Notes under the pieces: model-generated
The model's database searches: none
The model's input: only the letters and a program-made list of their open reading frames with translations
Told to the model about the DNA's origin: nothing
Translations under genes and position numbers: made by a program
Part shown: positions 1 to 10,699 of the stretch, piece after piece
How positions within the stretch are numbered: the first letter of the stretch is position 1
Layout of the letters: every line of letters starts with the position of its first letter
Source: an uncultured Actinomycetota bacterium
Lineage (GTDB): Bacteria > Actinomycetota > Actinomycetes > Prado026
Assembly (NCBI GenBank): GCA_963771835.1
Contig: CAVYVA010000004.1
Coordinates: 822,421 to 886,420, forward strand
Direction: 5' to 3'
Length of the DNA stretch: 64,000 bases

Positions 1-1
1 C

Positions 2-946
2 GCCGGGCTGGCCGCTCGGTTCTGGGCCGGCAGCGGGGACGCCGCGGCCGCCGGGATCGTGGTCGCGGCGGCGGGCGCCTACCTGCTGGCCGCGGTCACC
101 GCGACGTTCCTGCGCAGGGACGAGCTGGGCCCGGACCGGACCCAGGGCCCGCCGCCGGCGCTCGGGGTCCGCGAGGACGTGCGCGAGCTGGTCTCCGGGG
201 TCCGCTACCTGTACGGGGTCAGGCGGGCCTGGAACGCCCTCGCGGCGCTGGGGGTGTACCGGGTCACGTTCGGAGTGATGACCGTGCTGGTCGTCCTCGA
301 GCAGCGCGGGCTCTTCCACCGGCCCGGGGACGCCGACGGCGGTCTGCGCGGGGTGAGCGTGACCTTCGCGGCGCTCGCGATCGGGGTGCCGCTGGGAGCG
401 CTCGTGACGCCGTGGGCGGTCCGCCGCTGGGGGATCGGTCGCTGGGTTCCGACCATGCTGGTGATCACCGGGGTCGGGCTGGCCGCCGCCGCACTGCCGT
501 TCCGGGCGCCCCCGCTGGTGGCAGCGGCGTTCCTGCTCGGGTTCGGCGGTCAGGCCGTCAAGGTGAGCGTCGACTCGGCGGTGCAGCGCACCGTCGACGA
601 CGAGCACCGCGGGCTGGTCTTCGCCCTGTACGACGTGCTGTTCAACGTCGCGTTCGTGGCGGCGGTCGCGCTCACCGCGTGGCTGGCGCCGGTCGACGGG
701 AGGTCCGCGGGGCTGGTCGTGTTCGCCGCGGCGATCCTGGTGGCCGCTGGCCTGTGGTACCGACGGGTGACCCCGCCCGGCTGGCGGCCGGGTCAGGACG
801 ACGTCGCCGTGCCCGACCCGTCCGAACCGCCGAACCCCGACCCGCCGGACTCCGGCCGGCCGGACCACCAGGCGAGCAGCTCGGCCGCGGCGGTGGCAGC
901 GTCGACCGGTCCCCGGTCCAGCCGGCGCTCGAGCAGGAAGCGGTAG
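2..946 (+). CDS. MFS-type transporter, C-terminal part (5' end upstream of window)
   Basis: ORF 59..946 stays open back to nt 2. The translation is a series of hydrophobic helices (GVMTVLVVLEQ, LVITGVGLAAAALPF, FLLGFGGQAVKVSVDSAVQR..DEHRGLVFALYD) typical of 12-TM MFS permeases. The last ~150 nt overlap the convergent cca gene. Confidence 0.6.
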   Translation, partial: AGLAARFWAGSGDAAAAGIVVAAAGAYLLAAVTATFLRRDELGPDRTQGPPPALGVREDVRELVSGVRYLYGVRRAWNALAALGVYRVTFGVMTVLVVLEQRGLFHRPGDADGGLRGVSVTFAALAIGVPLGALVTPWAVRRWGIGRWVPTMLVITGVGLAAAALPFRAPPLVAAAFLLGFGGQAVKVSVDSAVQRTVDDEHRGLVFALYDVLFNVAFVAAVALTAWLAPVDGRSAGLVVFAAAILVAAGLWYRRVTPPGWRPGQDDVAVPDPSEPPNPDPPDSGRPDHQASSSAAAVAASTGPRSSRRSSRKR

Positions 947-2355
947 GCCTGCCCGACCGTCGGGCCCGGGGGGATCCCCAGCAGCGCCATGATCGCGGCC
1001 CCGTCGAGGTCGGGGCGGATCGCGTCCAGCTCCTCCTGCGCGCGCAGCCGCGCGATCCGCTCCTCGAGCTCGTCCACCTGGCCCTGCAGGAGCTCGGCCC
1101 GGCGCCGGTTCCGGGTGGTGCAGTCGGCCCGGGTCAGGGCCAGCAGCCGGTCGAGCTGGCTGCCGGCGTCGCGCACGAACCGGCGCACGGCGGAGTCGGT
1201 CCAGCCGCCCTCCCCGAAGCCGTGGAACCGCAGGTGCAGGGCCACCAGCGAGCAGACGTCGTCGGTGACGTCGTTGCCGAACCGCAGCGCCTGCATGCGC
1301 CGCCGGGTGATCTTCGCGCCGACCACCTCGTGGTGGTGGAAGCTCACCCCGCCGCCCGGCTCGAACGCGCGGGTCTTCGGCTTGCCGACGTCGTGCATGA
1401 GCGCCGCGAAGCGCAGCACGAAGTCCGGCCTGGGCAACGGGCCGTCCCGGTCGCCCTCCAGCTCCATGCTCTGCTCGAGGACGGTCAGCGTGTGCTCGTA
1501 CACGTCCTTGTGCCGGTGGTGCTCGTCGATCTCCAGCCGCAGCAGCGGCAGCTCCGGGAGCACCTGCTCGGCCAGCCCGGTGTCCACGAGCAGCCGCAGC
1601 CCGGCCACCGGCCGGTCCGCCTCCACCAGCTTGACCATCTCGACCTGCACCCGCTCGGCGGACACGATCGCGATGCGGTCGGCCATCCGCGTCATCGCCG
1701 AACGGACCTCGGGGGCCACCGAGAACCCCAGCTGGGCCGCGAACCGAGCCGCGCGCAGCATCCGCAGCGGGTCGTCGGAGAAGGACTCCTCCGGCGTGGC
1801 CGGGGTACGCAGCCGGCCCGCGACCAGGTCCGGCAGCCCGCCGTAGGGGTCGACGAACACCTGCTCGGGGAGGGTCAGCGCCATCGCGTTGACGGTGAAG
1901 TCGCGCCGGTGCAGGTCGCCGTCCAGCGTGTCGCCGTAGGCGACGGCGGGCTTGCGGGACCGCGGGTCGTACGCCTCGCTCCGGTAGGTGGTGATCTCCA
2001 GGCGGTACCCGTCCATGAGCGCGGCGACGGTCCCGTACGCGATCCCGACGTCCCAGAGCGCCTCGGCCCAGCCGTCCAGCAGGGCCTGGACCTGCTCAGG
2101 ACGGGCGGAGGTGGCGAAGTCCAGGTCGTCACCCAGGCGGCCCAGCAGCGCGTCCCGCACCGAGCCGCCCACCAGCGCCAGCTCGTGACCGGCCGCCACG
2201 AACCGGTCGGCAAGACGGCCGACGACGGGGGCGACCCGGACCAGCTCGGCCACCGCCCGGCGCTGCGCCTCGGTGAGGGCGCGCGGGCTCGGCTGGTCCT
2301 GGTCGGCCGCGTCTGGACGCTCGACCGGCTCGCTGGGCTGCGACACGTGGAGCAA
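793..2355 (-). CDS. cca: CCA-adding tRNA nucleotidyltransferase with HD domain
   Basis: Intact 520-aa ORF. It has the polymerase-beta head motif ([26 protein letters not shown]) and an HD region ([19 protein letters not shown]). It sits divergent to a NUDIX gene next to murJ, as in other actinobacteria. Confidence 0.9.
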   Translation of the reverse strand: MLHVSQPSEPVERPDAADQDQPSPRALTEAQRRAVAELVRVAPVVGRLADRFVAAGHELALVGGSVRDALLGRLGDDLDFATSARPEQVQALLDGWAEALWDVGIAYGTVAALMDGYRLEITTYRSEAYDPRSRKPAVAYGDTLDGDLHRRDFTVNAMALTLPEQVFVDPYGGLPDLVAGRLRTPATPEESFSDDPLRMLRAARFAAQLGFSVAPEVRSAMTRMADRIAIVSAERVQVEMVKLVEADRPVAGLRLLVDTGLAEQVLPELPLLRLEIDEHHRHKDVYEHTLTVLEQSMELEGDRDGPLPRPDFVLRFAALMHDVGKPKTRAFEPGGGVSFHHHEVVGAKITRRRMQALRFGNDVTDDVCSLVALHLRFHGFGEGGWTDSAVRRFVRDAGSQLDRLLALTRADCTTRNRRRAELLQGQVDELEERIARLRAQEELDAIRPDLDGAAIMALLGIPPGPTVGQAYRFLLERRLDRGPVDAATAAAELLAWWSGRPESGGSGFGGSDGSGTATSS

Positions 2356-2389
2356 GGGTAGGGCCAGGAACCCCTCGTACCATCAGGGC

Positions 2390-2902
2390 GTGTCCCGCCC
2401 CTCGTCCGGCCGTCCTGCCCGGCGGCCGATGCCGACCGTGGCGGAGACCTCGGCCGGCGGGCTGGTCGTCCGGCAGCCTGCCTCGGGCGCCGTCCAGGCG
2501 GCGCTGATCGGCCGGCGCACCCGGCAGGGGGACCTCGAGTGGGTGCTGCCGAAAGGGCACCTCGAGCCCGGCGAGGCGGCGCCGGACGCCGCGGTACGCG
2601 AGGTGCAGGAGGAGACCGGCATCCGCGGCCGGGTGCTGGAGCCGCTGGGCACCATCGACTACTGGTTCGTGCTCGACGGCCGACGGATCCACAAGACGGT
2701 GCACCACTACCTCCTGGCGGCCGTCGACGGCGAGCTGAGCCGGGCCGACGCCGAGGTCGACGAGGTCGAGTGGGTGGCGCTGGACCAGGCGCCGCAGCGG
2801 CTCGCGCACGCCGACGAGCGCTCTCTGGCGCACCGGGCGGCCGCCGTGCTGGCCGGGCTCAAGGGGGCCACCGGGCTCACCGGGCTCGCGGAGCAGGGGT
2901 GA
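2390..2902 (+). CDS. NUDIX hydrolase (MutT4-like)
   Basis: In-frame part of ORF 2273..2902. It carries a Nudix box ([25 protein letters not shown]). The start is GTG 2390 or ATG 2429. The stop overlaps the next gene's start (GTGA). Confidence 0.8.
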   Translation: MSRPSSGRPARRPMPTVAETSAGGLVVRQPASGAVQAALIGRRTRQGDLEWVLPKGHLEPGEAAPDAAVREVQEETGIRGRVLEPLGTIDYWFVLDGRRIHKTVHHYLLAAVDGELSRADAEVDEVEWVALDQAPQRLAHADERSLAHRAAAVLAGLKGATGLTGLAEQG

Positions 2903-5019
2903 GCGCCAGGCCGCGCCGTGCGGGTTCGCGGCGGGCCCGCACGCGGTGCGGGGTCGGGGCGCTGGCGGCGCTCCTGGCCGCCGCAGCGGCAGCCCTCGCG
3001 GCGACGCCGGTCGCGGCGGCCACCAACCCGGCCGCGACCGTGACGGTGGGCGTCGACACGCTCACCCCGTCGGCACCCCAACCCGGTCAGCACCTCGAGG
3101 TCAAGGGATCGGTCACGAACAGCGGAACCGTGGCGCTGGCCGACGTCAACGTCCAGCTGCGGGTGTCCACGACACCGGTCGGCAGCCGGGACGAGCTCGC
3201 CACGCTGTCCGGCGGCACCGGCCGGCCGCCTGGCGTGGTGTTCGCCGAGCTGGCGCTCACCCAGCCGCTGGCTCCCGGCGCGAGCGCCCCCTACGACCTG
3301 ACCACCCCGGTCGACGGCCTCGGGCTCGGCGACCCCGGGGTCTACCCGGTCGCGGTCGAGGTCATCGCGGACGATCCGTCCACCCAGGCGCGGACGCGGT
3401 TCGGCACCGCGCGGACGTTCCTGCCATGGGACCTGGGCGGGGTGCGGCCGACCCGGCTCGCCGTGCTCTGGCCGGTCTCGGCCGGCCCGACCCGGGACGC
3501 GGACGGGATCCCGCTCGGCACCGAGCTCCAGGACCAGATCGGCGGCCGGCTGACCGACCTGCTGAGCTCGGCCTCCGGCACCGCCGTGTCGTGGGTGGTC
3601 GACCCCGACACGCTCGAGAGCGCCTCGGCCCTGGCCACCGGCGCATCGACGGCCGCCGGCACGGGGGCCCCGGCAGCCGCGCCCGACCCGGCCGCCGCCA
3701 CGTGGCTGCACCAGCTCACGGCCCAGGCGGCCGGGGCCCCGGTGCTGGCCCTCCCGTACGCCGACCCGGACGTCGCGGCCATGGTGCGGGCCGGGCTGGC
3801 CGCCGACCTGGACACCGCGACGGCGCTGGGCTCGGACGTCGCCGCCCAGGTCCTCGGCCGGACCTCCGCAGGTGGTCCGGACACGGTCCAGACTCTCGCC
3901 TGGCCCGCCGAGGGAACCGCGGACCGGACGGCCCTGTCCACGATCGAGAAGGCCGGCACCCGGCAGGTGCTGCTGTCGGACCTCTACGCCCCCCCGGTGC
4001 GCGGCACCTCGTACACCCCGTCCGGGATCGGCCCGCTGTCCGGTACCGGGCTCACCGCCGTGGTCGCCGACTCGGCCCTGTCCACCCTGCTGACCACGCC
4101 CCCCGCCCGGCTGGGCGGCGCGGTGCTGGCTGAGCAGCGGGTGCTGGCCGAGCTCGCCATGGTCGGGCTGGAGCTGCCGTCGGTGCCGCGCTCGCTGGTC
4201 GTCGTCCCGGCCCGTGGCTGGTCGCCGGACCCGTCGTACGTCCACGCGTTGCTGCACGCGGTGGGCGCCGCGTCCTGGGTGAAGGTGACGCGGCTGACCG
4301 AGCTCACGGCGAACGCGGCGGCCGGGCCGGCCCGGCAGCGGCCCGCGTACCCGAGCGGGGTGCGCAAGCGCGAGCTCGACCCGGTGCAGATGGGCGCCGT
4401 CCGCGACGGGCGGCAGCGGCTGGCCGCCCTCACCTCGGTGCTGAAGAACGATCAGCCGGTGACGGACACGTACACCAGGGCGCTGCTGCGGGCCCAGTCG
4501 GCTGCATGGCGTGGCGACCGCAACGGCGGGCGCGCCTACGCCGCGCACGTGGTCGAGCGGATCACCGCGCTGCAGTCGCAGGTGCACCTGGTGCAGTCCG
4601 GACCGGTCACGCTCGCGGCGCACAGCGGGCGGATCCCGGTCACGGTGGTGAACGACCTCGACCAGGAGGTGACCGTCCGGGTCGGGATGGAGGCGGTGCC
4701 CGCCGTGCGGCTCACGCTCGTCCAGCCGCCTCCCGTGGTGCTCGAGCCGCACAGCTCGACGACGCTCGACGTCGCCGCCGACGCGACCGCCAACGGGAGC
4801 GTGCTGGTGGTGGCCCGGCTGCTCACGGCGAAGGGTGCGGCGTACGGCTCGCCGCAGACGTTCGAGGTCCAGGTGACCGGGTTCGGCGCCGTCGCCGGGC
4901 TGCTCGTCGGGGGCGCCCTGGTCCTGCTGAGCATCGCCCTGGTGGTCCGGGTCGCACGGGCGATGCGGACCGGACGGCGACCGGGGTCGGCGGCGTCGGT
5001 GCGCGAACCGGCACGGTGA
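2899..5019 (+). CDS. Large secreted, membrane-anchored protein of the family found upstream of murJ (DUF6049-like)
   Basis: GTG 2899 is in frame with ORF 2539..5019. It has an N-terminal signal-like segment ([22 protein letters not shown]) and a C-terminal TM anchor ([17 protein letters not shown] followed by [11 protein letters not shown]). Its position immediately 5' of murJ is conserved. Confidence 0.7.
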   Translation: MSARPRRAGSRRARTRCGVGALAALLAAAAAALAATPVAAATNPAATVTVGVDTLTPSAPQPGQHLEVKGSVTNSGTVALADVNVQLRVSTTPVGSRDELATLSGGTGRPPGVVFAELALTQPLAPGASAPYDLTTPVDGLGLGDPGVYPVAVEVIADDPSTQARTRFGTARTFLPWDLGGVRPTRLAVLWPVSAGPTRDADGIPLGTELQDQIGGRLTDLLSSASGTAVSWVVDPDTLESASALATGASTAAGTGAPAAAPDPAAATWLHQLTAQAAGAPVLALPYADPDVAAMVRAGLAADLDTATALGSDVAAQVLGRTSAGGPDTVQTLAWPAEGTADRTALSTIEKAGTRQVLLSDLYAPPVRGTSYTPSGIGPLSGTGLTAVVADSALSTLLTTPPARLGGAVLAEQRVLAELAMVGLELPSVPRSLVVVPARGWSPDPSYVHALLHAVGAASWVKVTRLTELTANAAAGPARQRPAYPSGVRKRELDPVQMGAVRDGRQRLAALTSVLKNDQPVTDTYTRALLRAQSAAWRGDRNGGRAYAAHVVERITALQSQVHLVQSGPVTLAAHSGRIPVTVVNDLDQEVTVRVGMEAVPAVRLTLVQPPPVVLEPHSSTTLDVAADATANGSVLVVARLLTAKGAAYGSPQTFEVQVTGFGAVAGLLVGGALVLLSIALVVRVARAMRTGRRPGSAASVREPAR

Positions 5020-5029
5020 CGACGGCACG

Positions 5030-6793
5030 GTGGACGAGGGCACGGTGAACGACGGCACGGGGGTCGCCCGCGTGGGGACCGTGCCGGTCGCTGCGCCGGA
5101 CGACACACTGGACGCCGTGTCCGAAGCCGTCGAGGGTGTCGCGGGCGCCCCCCCGGGCGAGTCCGACGCCAGCGTCATCCGGTCGTCCACGGTGATGGCG
5201 ACCGGGACCATCGTGTCCCGCGTCACCGGGGTGCTCCGGACCACCGCGCTGACCGCCGCCGTCGGCACCGGCCTGCTCGCGGACGCGTACAACACCGCCA
5301 ACACCTTGCCGAACATCATCTACATCCTGCTGATCGGCGGCGCCCTCAACGCCGTCTTCATCCCGCAGCTCGTCCGGCACATGAAGGACGACGACGACGA
5401 GGGACGCTCGTACGCCGACCGGCTGCTGACGCTGTCCGGGCTGGTGCTGCTCGGCATCACCGTCGCCGCCCTCATCACGGCGCCGTGGGTGACCCCGCTG
5501 TACGCCGGCAACGCGTGGACCCCGCACCAGGTCCAGGTGCTCACGCAGTTCGCGTACCTGTGCCTGCCACAGATCTTCTTCTACGGCATGTACGCGCTGT
5601 ACTCGCAGGTGCTCAACACCCGCGGGCACTTCGGCGCGCCGATGTTCGCACCCATCGTCAACAACGTCGTGGTGATCGCCGGGTGCGTGGTGTTCCTCGT
5701 CGTCGACCACTCGCCGGACATCGCCACCATCACGACCGGGGGCGTGCTGCTGCTGGGCGGCGTGACGACGCTCGGGGTGGTCGCGCAGGCCGTGGTCCTG
5801 GTGCCGGTCATGTCCCGGGCCGGCTACCGGTTCCGGCCCCGGTTCGACCTGCGCGGGCAGGGTCTGGGCAAGGCGGTGACGCTGGCGAAGTGGACCATCT
5901 TCTTCGTCGCGGTCAACCAGTTCGCGTTCCTCGTCGTCACCCGGCTCGCGAACACCGCCGGCGCCGAGCAGAACGCGCTGGGGACGGCAGCGCCCAAGGG
6001 CTCGTTCGTGTACGCCAGCGCGCACCTGATGTTCGTCCTGCCGCACTCCATCATCACGGTCTCGGTGGTGACGGCGCTGATGCCTCGGATGAGCCGGGCC
6101 GCCCACGCGGGCAACCTCGCCGGAGTCCGCCGCGACCTGGCCCGCGGGATGCGGCTCATCGCGGCGGCACTGGTGCCAGCGACCGTGCTGCTCGCGCTGC
6201 TGGCGCCGCAGCTGTCCGAGCTGCTGCTCGGCTACGGCAACGCGGGGGACGCCGGCGCGCGTGCCATCGGACAGGTGGTGCAGGTCTTCTCGCTCGGCCT
6301 GGTGGCTTACTCGCTGTACTACGTGCTCCTGCGCGGCTTCTTCGCGGTCGAGGACACCAGGACGCCGGCGCTGGTCAACCTGTTCCTCACCGCGGTGAAC
6401 CTGAGCGTCGGCTACGCCCTCTACCGGGCGCTGCCGCCGGCGCAGAAGGTCGAAGGCCTCGCGGTGGGGTACGCGGTCGCGTACATCGCCACGACGGTGG
6501 TGTTCTGGGTGATCCTGCGGCGCCGGCTCGCGGGCCTGGACACCTACCTCACCGTTCGCACTCTCGTCCGGCTGCTGGTCGCGGGGGCGATCGCCATGGC
6601 CGCCGGGGCCGGCGCCCTCGCGCTGCTCGACGGGCACGCCGGGACCGGGAAGGCGTCGGCGCTGCTGGCCTGCGCGGTGGTCGGCCCGGTGGTCCTGCTG
6701 GTGTTCGGGGTGGTCGCCCAGCGCACCCGGGTGACCGAGGTCGTCGAGGTGACCGAGATGGTCCGGCACCGGCTCCGTCGCGCTGGTCCGTAA
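5030..6793 (+). CDS. murJ: Lipid II flippase MurJ/MviN
   Basis: Intact 587-aa polytopic ORF with the characteristic N-terminal region (SSTVMATGTIVSRVTGVLRT..LADAYNTANTLPNIIYILLIGGALNAVFIPQLV). Confidence 0.9.
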   Translation: MDEGTVNDGTGVARVGTVPVAAPDDTLDAVSEAVEGVAGAPPGESDASVIRSSTVMATGTIVSRVTGVLRTTALTAAVGTGLLADAYNTANTLPNIIYILLIGGALNAVFIPQLVRHMKDDDDEGRSYADRLLTLSGLVLLGITVAALITAPWVTPLYAGNAWTPHQVQVLTQFAYLCLPQIFFYGMYALYSQVLNTRGHFGAPMFAPIVNNVVVIAGCVVFLVVDHSPDIATITTGGVLLLGGVTTLGVVAQAVVLVPVMSRAGYRFRPRFDLRGQGLGKAVTLAKWTIFFVAVNQFAFLVVTRLANTAGAEQNALGTAAPKGSFVYASAHLMFVLPHSIITVSVVTALMPRMSRAAHAGNLAGVRRDLARGMRLIAAALVPATVLLALLAPQLSELLLGYGNAGDAGARAIGQVVQVFSLGLVAYSLYYVLLRGFFAVEDTRTPALVNLFLTAVNLSVGYALYRALPPAQKVEGLAVGYAVAYIATTVVFWVILRRRLAGLDTYLTVRTLVRLLVAGAIAMAAGAGALALLDGHAGTGKASALLACAVVGPVVLLVFGVVAQRTRVTEVVEVTEMVRHRLRRAGP

Positions 6794-6840
6794 GGGGTCG
6801 CCCGCTCAAGGCGGCCCACGGCCAGGCCGACCCAGACACT

Positions 6841-7365
6841 ATGGCGGGCTGCCCCGAGCGCATCCCGGACCCCTCGGCCCCTCCGGCCCGTGAGCGGGTC
6901 CTGGGGCGTGCCACGTCGCGGCGACGGTTGAGGGTGCCGCCGCGACCGCCGTACCGGGCGCGGGTCGCCGGTGCCGATCCCGAGCGCGGGGCCGTCGTCG
7001 TGGGGTGGTTCGCCCGGATCGCGATCACGCTGGCGCTGGTCGGCCTGATCGCCTTCGACTCGATCTCGATCGCGCTCGCCCGTGCGCACGTGAACGACAT
7101 CGCCTCCGACGCCGCCGACGCGGCCGTCGCACAGTACGTCCTGCACTCCAACGCCCACGACGCGCTGGCCGCGGCGATCGCGGCCGCCAGCGTCGAGGGC
7201 GGCATCGTCGCGCCCGACGGCGTGGCGATCACCCGGGCGGGGCGGGTCACCACGCTGCGGGTCACCGTCCAGCTGGTCCCGAGCACCACGCTGCTGGGGC
7301 ACCTGCCCGGCACCGGCTCGCTGACCCAGAACTCCGCGGTGGCGGTGCGGACGGTGAATCAGTGA
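6841..7365 (+). CDS. Small membrane protein, unknown function
   Basis: This is the 3' part of ORF 5485..7365. It has a single TM (WFARIAITLALVGLIAFDSISIAL) followed by an Ala-rich soluble part. The start is uncertain (ATG 6841 or a later GTG). The stop overlaps the NlpC/P60 start (GTGA). Confidence 0.45.
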   Translation: MAGCPERIPDPSAPPARERVLGRATSRRRLRVPPRPPYRARVAGADPERGAVVVGWFARIAITLALVGLIAFDSISIALARAHVNDIASDAADAAVAQYVLHSNAHDALAAAIAAASVEGGIVAPDGVAITRAGRVTTLRVTVQLVPSTTLLGHLPGTGSLTQNSAVAVRTVNQ

Positions 7366-8477
7366 CCGGCGGACGAACCGCCGTTCTCCGCCGCACGCCA
7401 GCCCCCCGGTCGCTGCGTGCCCTGGTGGTCGCAGTCGCGGTGGCGCTGCTCGTGGGTGGGCTGCCCTGGCACCCGCCGACGGCCAGCGCCGACCCGACCG
7501 TCGCGTCCGCACAGGCCAAGGCCAAGGCGCTCGCCGCCCAGGTGAAGGCGCTGCAGGTGCGGGTCGAGGTGGCCACCGAGCAGTACGACGCCGTTCAGGA
7601 GCAGCTCGGACAGGTGGTCAGCCGGCTGCTGACCGCGTCGCAGGACGTCGGCTCGCTGCAGCAGCAGGCCGACCTGCTGCGGGCGCAGAAGAGTGCACGG
7701 GCGCGGGCGCTGTACATGGCCGGGGGCCAGCTCGGTCTGTACGCGCAGGTCCTGGACGGGACCGACATCAACGACATGATCGACCGGATCTCCGCGGTCG
7801 GGCGGGTGCTGGACGCCGAGACGGCGGCGATCAATGCCGGCGACACCGCCGCGGCCAGGGCGCAGGCCCAGACCGACCAGCTCGACGTGCTCGCCGCGCA
7901 GCGCACCCAGCTGCAGGCCAAGGCCGTCGACGCGCGCGCACGCGTGGTGGCATTGCTGGCTCAGACCAGCACGCAGCTTGACTCGGCCAACGCGCTCGTC
8001 CGTCGCCTGGTCGTCGAGGAGCAGCAGCGGGCCGCCGCCGCCGCGCAGACCATGGCCACCGCGCCCTTCCCGCCCATCACGCTGCCGGACGGGACCGCGC
8101 CGCAGATCGTCCAGGCGATCGCCGCCGCCAGGACCCGGCTGGGCGCGCCGTACGTGTGGGGCGCCACCGGTCCGACCACGTTCGACTGCTCCGGGCTCAC
8201 CCAGTGGGCGTACGCGGCAGCCGGGGTGACCCTGCCGCGCACCTCGCGCGAGCAGTGGTCCGTCGGCCCGCACCCGAGCCTGGACGAGCTGCAGCCGGGC
8301 GACCTGCTGTTCTGGGCGACCAACACGGCGGACCCGGCCACGATCCACCACGTCGCCCTGTACATCGGCGACGGCTACATGATCGAGGCCCCGCACACGG
8401 GGGCGGTCGTGCACGTCACCGCGGTGTACCTGGACGGCTTCATCGGCGCGACCCGCCCGGTGCTGCCGGGAGGCTGA
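7362..8477 (+). CDS. NlpC/P60 peptidoglycan endopeptidase with coiled-coil N-domain (RipA-like)
   Basis: GTG 7362 is in frame with ORF 7005..8477. It has a signal sequence and a long Ala/Gln coiled-coil region. The C-terminal catalytic motif is present (YVWGATGPTTFDCSGLTQWAY...HHVALYIGDGYMIEAPHTG). Confidence 0.85.
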   Translation: MTGGRTAVLRRTPAPRSLRALVVAVAVALLVGGLPWHPPTASADPTVASAQAKAKALAAQVKALQVRVEVATEQYDAVQEQLGQVVSRLLTASQDVGSLQQQADLLRAQKSARARALYMAGGQLGLYAQVLDGTDINDMIDRISAVGRVLDAETAAINAGDTAAARAQAQTDQLDVLAAQRTQLQAKAVDARARVVALLAQTSTQLDSANALVRRLVVEEQQRAAAAAQTMATAPFPPITLPDGTAPQIVQAIAAARTRLGAPYVWGATGPTTFDCSGLTQWAYAAAGVTLPRTSREQWSVGPHPSLDELQPGDLLFWATNTADPATIHHVALYIGDGYMIEAPHTGAVVHVTAVYLDGFIGATRPVLPGG

Positions 8478-8517
8478 GCCAGGCCCGCACGGCCGCAGCC
8501 GCCGTAGTCTGCGCTCT

Positions 8518-10029
8518 GTGCGCATCAAGGCCGGCCGCTACACGCTCGAGGACCGCGTCCTCGACGGTGACGCTGGTCGTACTGGCGCGGCGACGACGGC
8601 CTCCTGCGCCGCCCGGTGGGGCTGCTCGTGCTCGAGCCGGACCATCCGTACGCCGACGAGGTCGTCACCGCCGCCCGGTCGTCGGCAGCCGTCGAGGATC
8701 CCCGCATCCAGCGCGTGCTGGACGTCCTGACCGACGACGAGGGCACCTGCCTGGTCATCGAGTGGACGACCGGCAGCACGGTCGAGGAGCTGCTCGCCGA
8801 CGGGCCGCTGGCCGACATCGAGTCCTGGCGGGTCAGCCTGGAGGTCGCGCGCGCGCTGGCCTCGGCCCACGCGCGCGGGCTGCGGCACGGCGCGCTCGCC
8901 CCACGGTGGGTCCTGCGCGGCGACGGCGGCCGGGTGCGCGTGCTGGGGCTGTGCGTCGCGGCGGCCCTCGCCGGTGCCGGACCGGACGGACCCGACCCGA
9001 AGGACGACCGCTGCGACGTCCACGGCCTGGGCGAGCTGCTGTACGCCGCGCTGACCGCCCGCTGGCCCGGCGACCCGGCAGCCTGCGCGCTGCCGGCCGC
9101 GCCCATGCAGGGCGGCCGCCCGGTCCGACCGAGCCGGGTCCGGGCCGGCGTCCCCGCAGGCCCTCGACGACATCGCTGCCCGGGCCCTGGACCTGACCAC
9201 CCGCGGCACCCCGCTCGGCACCGCCGGCGACGTGGTAGCCGCACTGGAGGCGGCCGGGCACCGGATGCGCCACTTCGACGCCTCCGAGCCCGTCGACCTC
9301 GACGCCGAGCAGCTGGCCCAGCTGGTGGACACCGGATACGTCGAACGGGTCACCGCGGAGCTCGCCAACGACCCGCGCCGCCCGGCGACCGCGACGCCGC
9401 GACGGCACCGGCTCGCGCTGGTCGGCTGGGTGGCCGGCCTCGTGGCCGTGGCCCTGGTCGGGTCCGGGCTCTGGCTGGTGGGACGGCCGCCGCCGGCCAC
9501 CACCGCCCGACCCGGCAGCTCGGCCGGCTCCGGCCCGACCTCGAGCGCCGCGGCGTCGGCCGAGCCGACCGGCGCCCTGGTGCCGATCGTCGCCGTCAAG
9601 GACTTCGACCCGCCCCCGGACGGCAACGGGACGGAGAACCCCGACCAGGTCCGGCTGGCCTGGGACGGCAACCCGAAGACCGCGTGGCACACCGTGACGT
9701 ACTTCAAGCGGGCGAACCTCGGTGGGCTCAAGGCCGGCGTCGGGCTGCTGGTCGACCTCGGCAGCCTCCAGACCGTCGGCGCCGTCCGCCTGACGCTGGT
9801 CGGGCACGGGACCTCGGTCGAGCTGCGCGTCGCGGCCCAGTACGGACCGTCGGCCGACGACTACGCCCGGGTCGCCCGGGCGCCGGACACCGGTGAGGTC
9901 GTCACGCTGCGACCCCAGCTGCAGCAGCAGACCCGGTACCTGCTGATCTGGCTCACCAGGCTGCCGCTCGCGCCGGACGGCGTGAACTACTCGGGCGGTG
10001 TCGCGGAGATCGAGGTCCACCGCAGCTGA
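8518..10029 (+). pseudogene. MurJ-associated pseudokinase-like protein with TM and extracellular beta-rich domain (frame broken at least twice)
   Basis: Three fragments can be stitched. They are 8518 (VRIKAGRYTLEDRVLDGD), 8616 (LVLEPDHPYADEV..CLVIEWTTGSTVEELL..HGLGELLYAALTARWPG) and 9232 (TM LALVGWVAGLVAVALVG, then DGNPKTAWHTVTYFK..GVAEIEV). The frame shifts lie near 8575 and in 9130-9230. Confidence 0.7.
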
Positions 10030-10046
10030 CCCGTACGCTGACGCCC

Positions 10047-10699
10047 ATGGTCGAGGAGGCGCAGCCCGGACAGGCAGCCCTCGAGGACCGTGCTCTGCTC
10101 GCTGCGCACCTCGCCGGGGACCCGGACGCCTTCGGCGAGCTGGTCCGCCGGCACCGGGACCGCCTCTGGGCGGTGGCCGTCTGCGACCCTGGGCGACCCC
10201 GAGGACGCCGCCGACGCCGTGCAGAACGCGCTGGTCTCTGCCTACCGGAACGCCGCGTCCTACCGGGGCGAGGCCGCGGTGACGCACGTGGCTGCACCGG
10301 ATCGTCGTCAACGCCTGCCTGGACCTGGTGCGGCGCCGCAAGGTGCGACCGACCGACCCGCTCCCGGACGACGAGGCCCGGCACCCGGCCGACCCCGCCG
10401 ACCCGATCGGCGCCCGGGTCACCTCGCTGGTCGTGGAGCAGGCGCTGGCGACGCTCCCGTTCGAGCAGCGCGCGGCCCTGGTGCTGGTCGACATCCAGGG
10501 CTACAGCGTCGAGGAGGCCGCGACGATCCTGGACTGCGCGCCGGGGACGGTGAAGAGCCGCTGCTCGCGGGGCCGGGCCCGCCTGCTGCCCCAGCTGCAG
10601 CACCTGCGGAACCCCGACAGCGGGCCGCACGTCCCACCCCAACGGACGACCGGACAACTCGGGCACCACGACGGCGGAAGGAGGGCGCGACCGGCATGA
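10047..10699 (+). pseudogene. sigM: ECF sigma factor (SigM-like), frame broken at least twice
   Basis: The fragments are 10047 (LLAAHLAGDPDAFGELVRRHRDRLWAVA), 10090 (GDPEDAADAVQNALVSAYRNAASYRGEAAVT) and 10328 (region 4: LPFEQRAALVLVDIQGYSVEEAATILDCAPGTVKSRCSRGRARL). The stop overlaps the next start (ATGA). Confidence 0.8.

Noticed and set aside
412-6769. Very long ORFs antisense to or out of frame with cca, DUF6049-like and murJ (for example 412..2361 +, 2707..5319 -, 4823..6769 -). Similar cases occur throughout (22368..24710 - over dnaA, 34336..36849 +, 44728..47991 -).
   Set aside because: Their translations are Arg/Pro/Gly/Ala-rich low-complexity strings without motifs. Stop-codon depletion in ~70+% GC DNA produces such shadow ORFs. 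In each case the opposite or shifted frame encodes a clearly recognisable protein.
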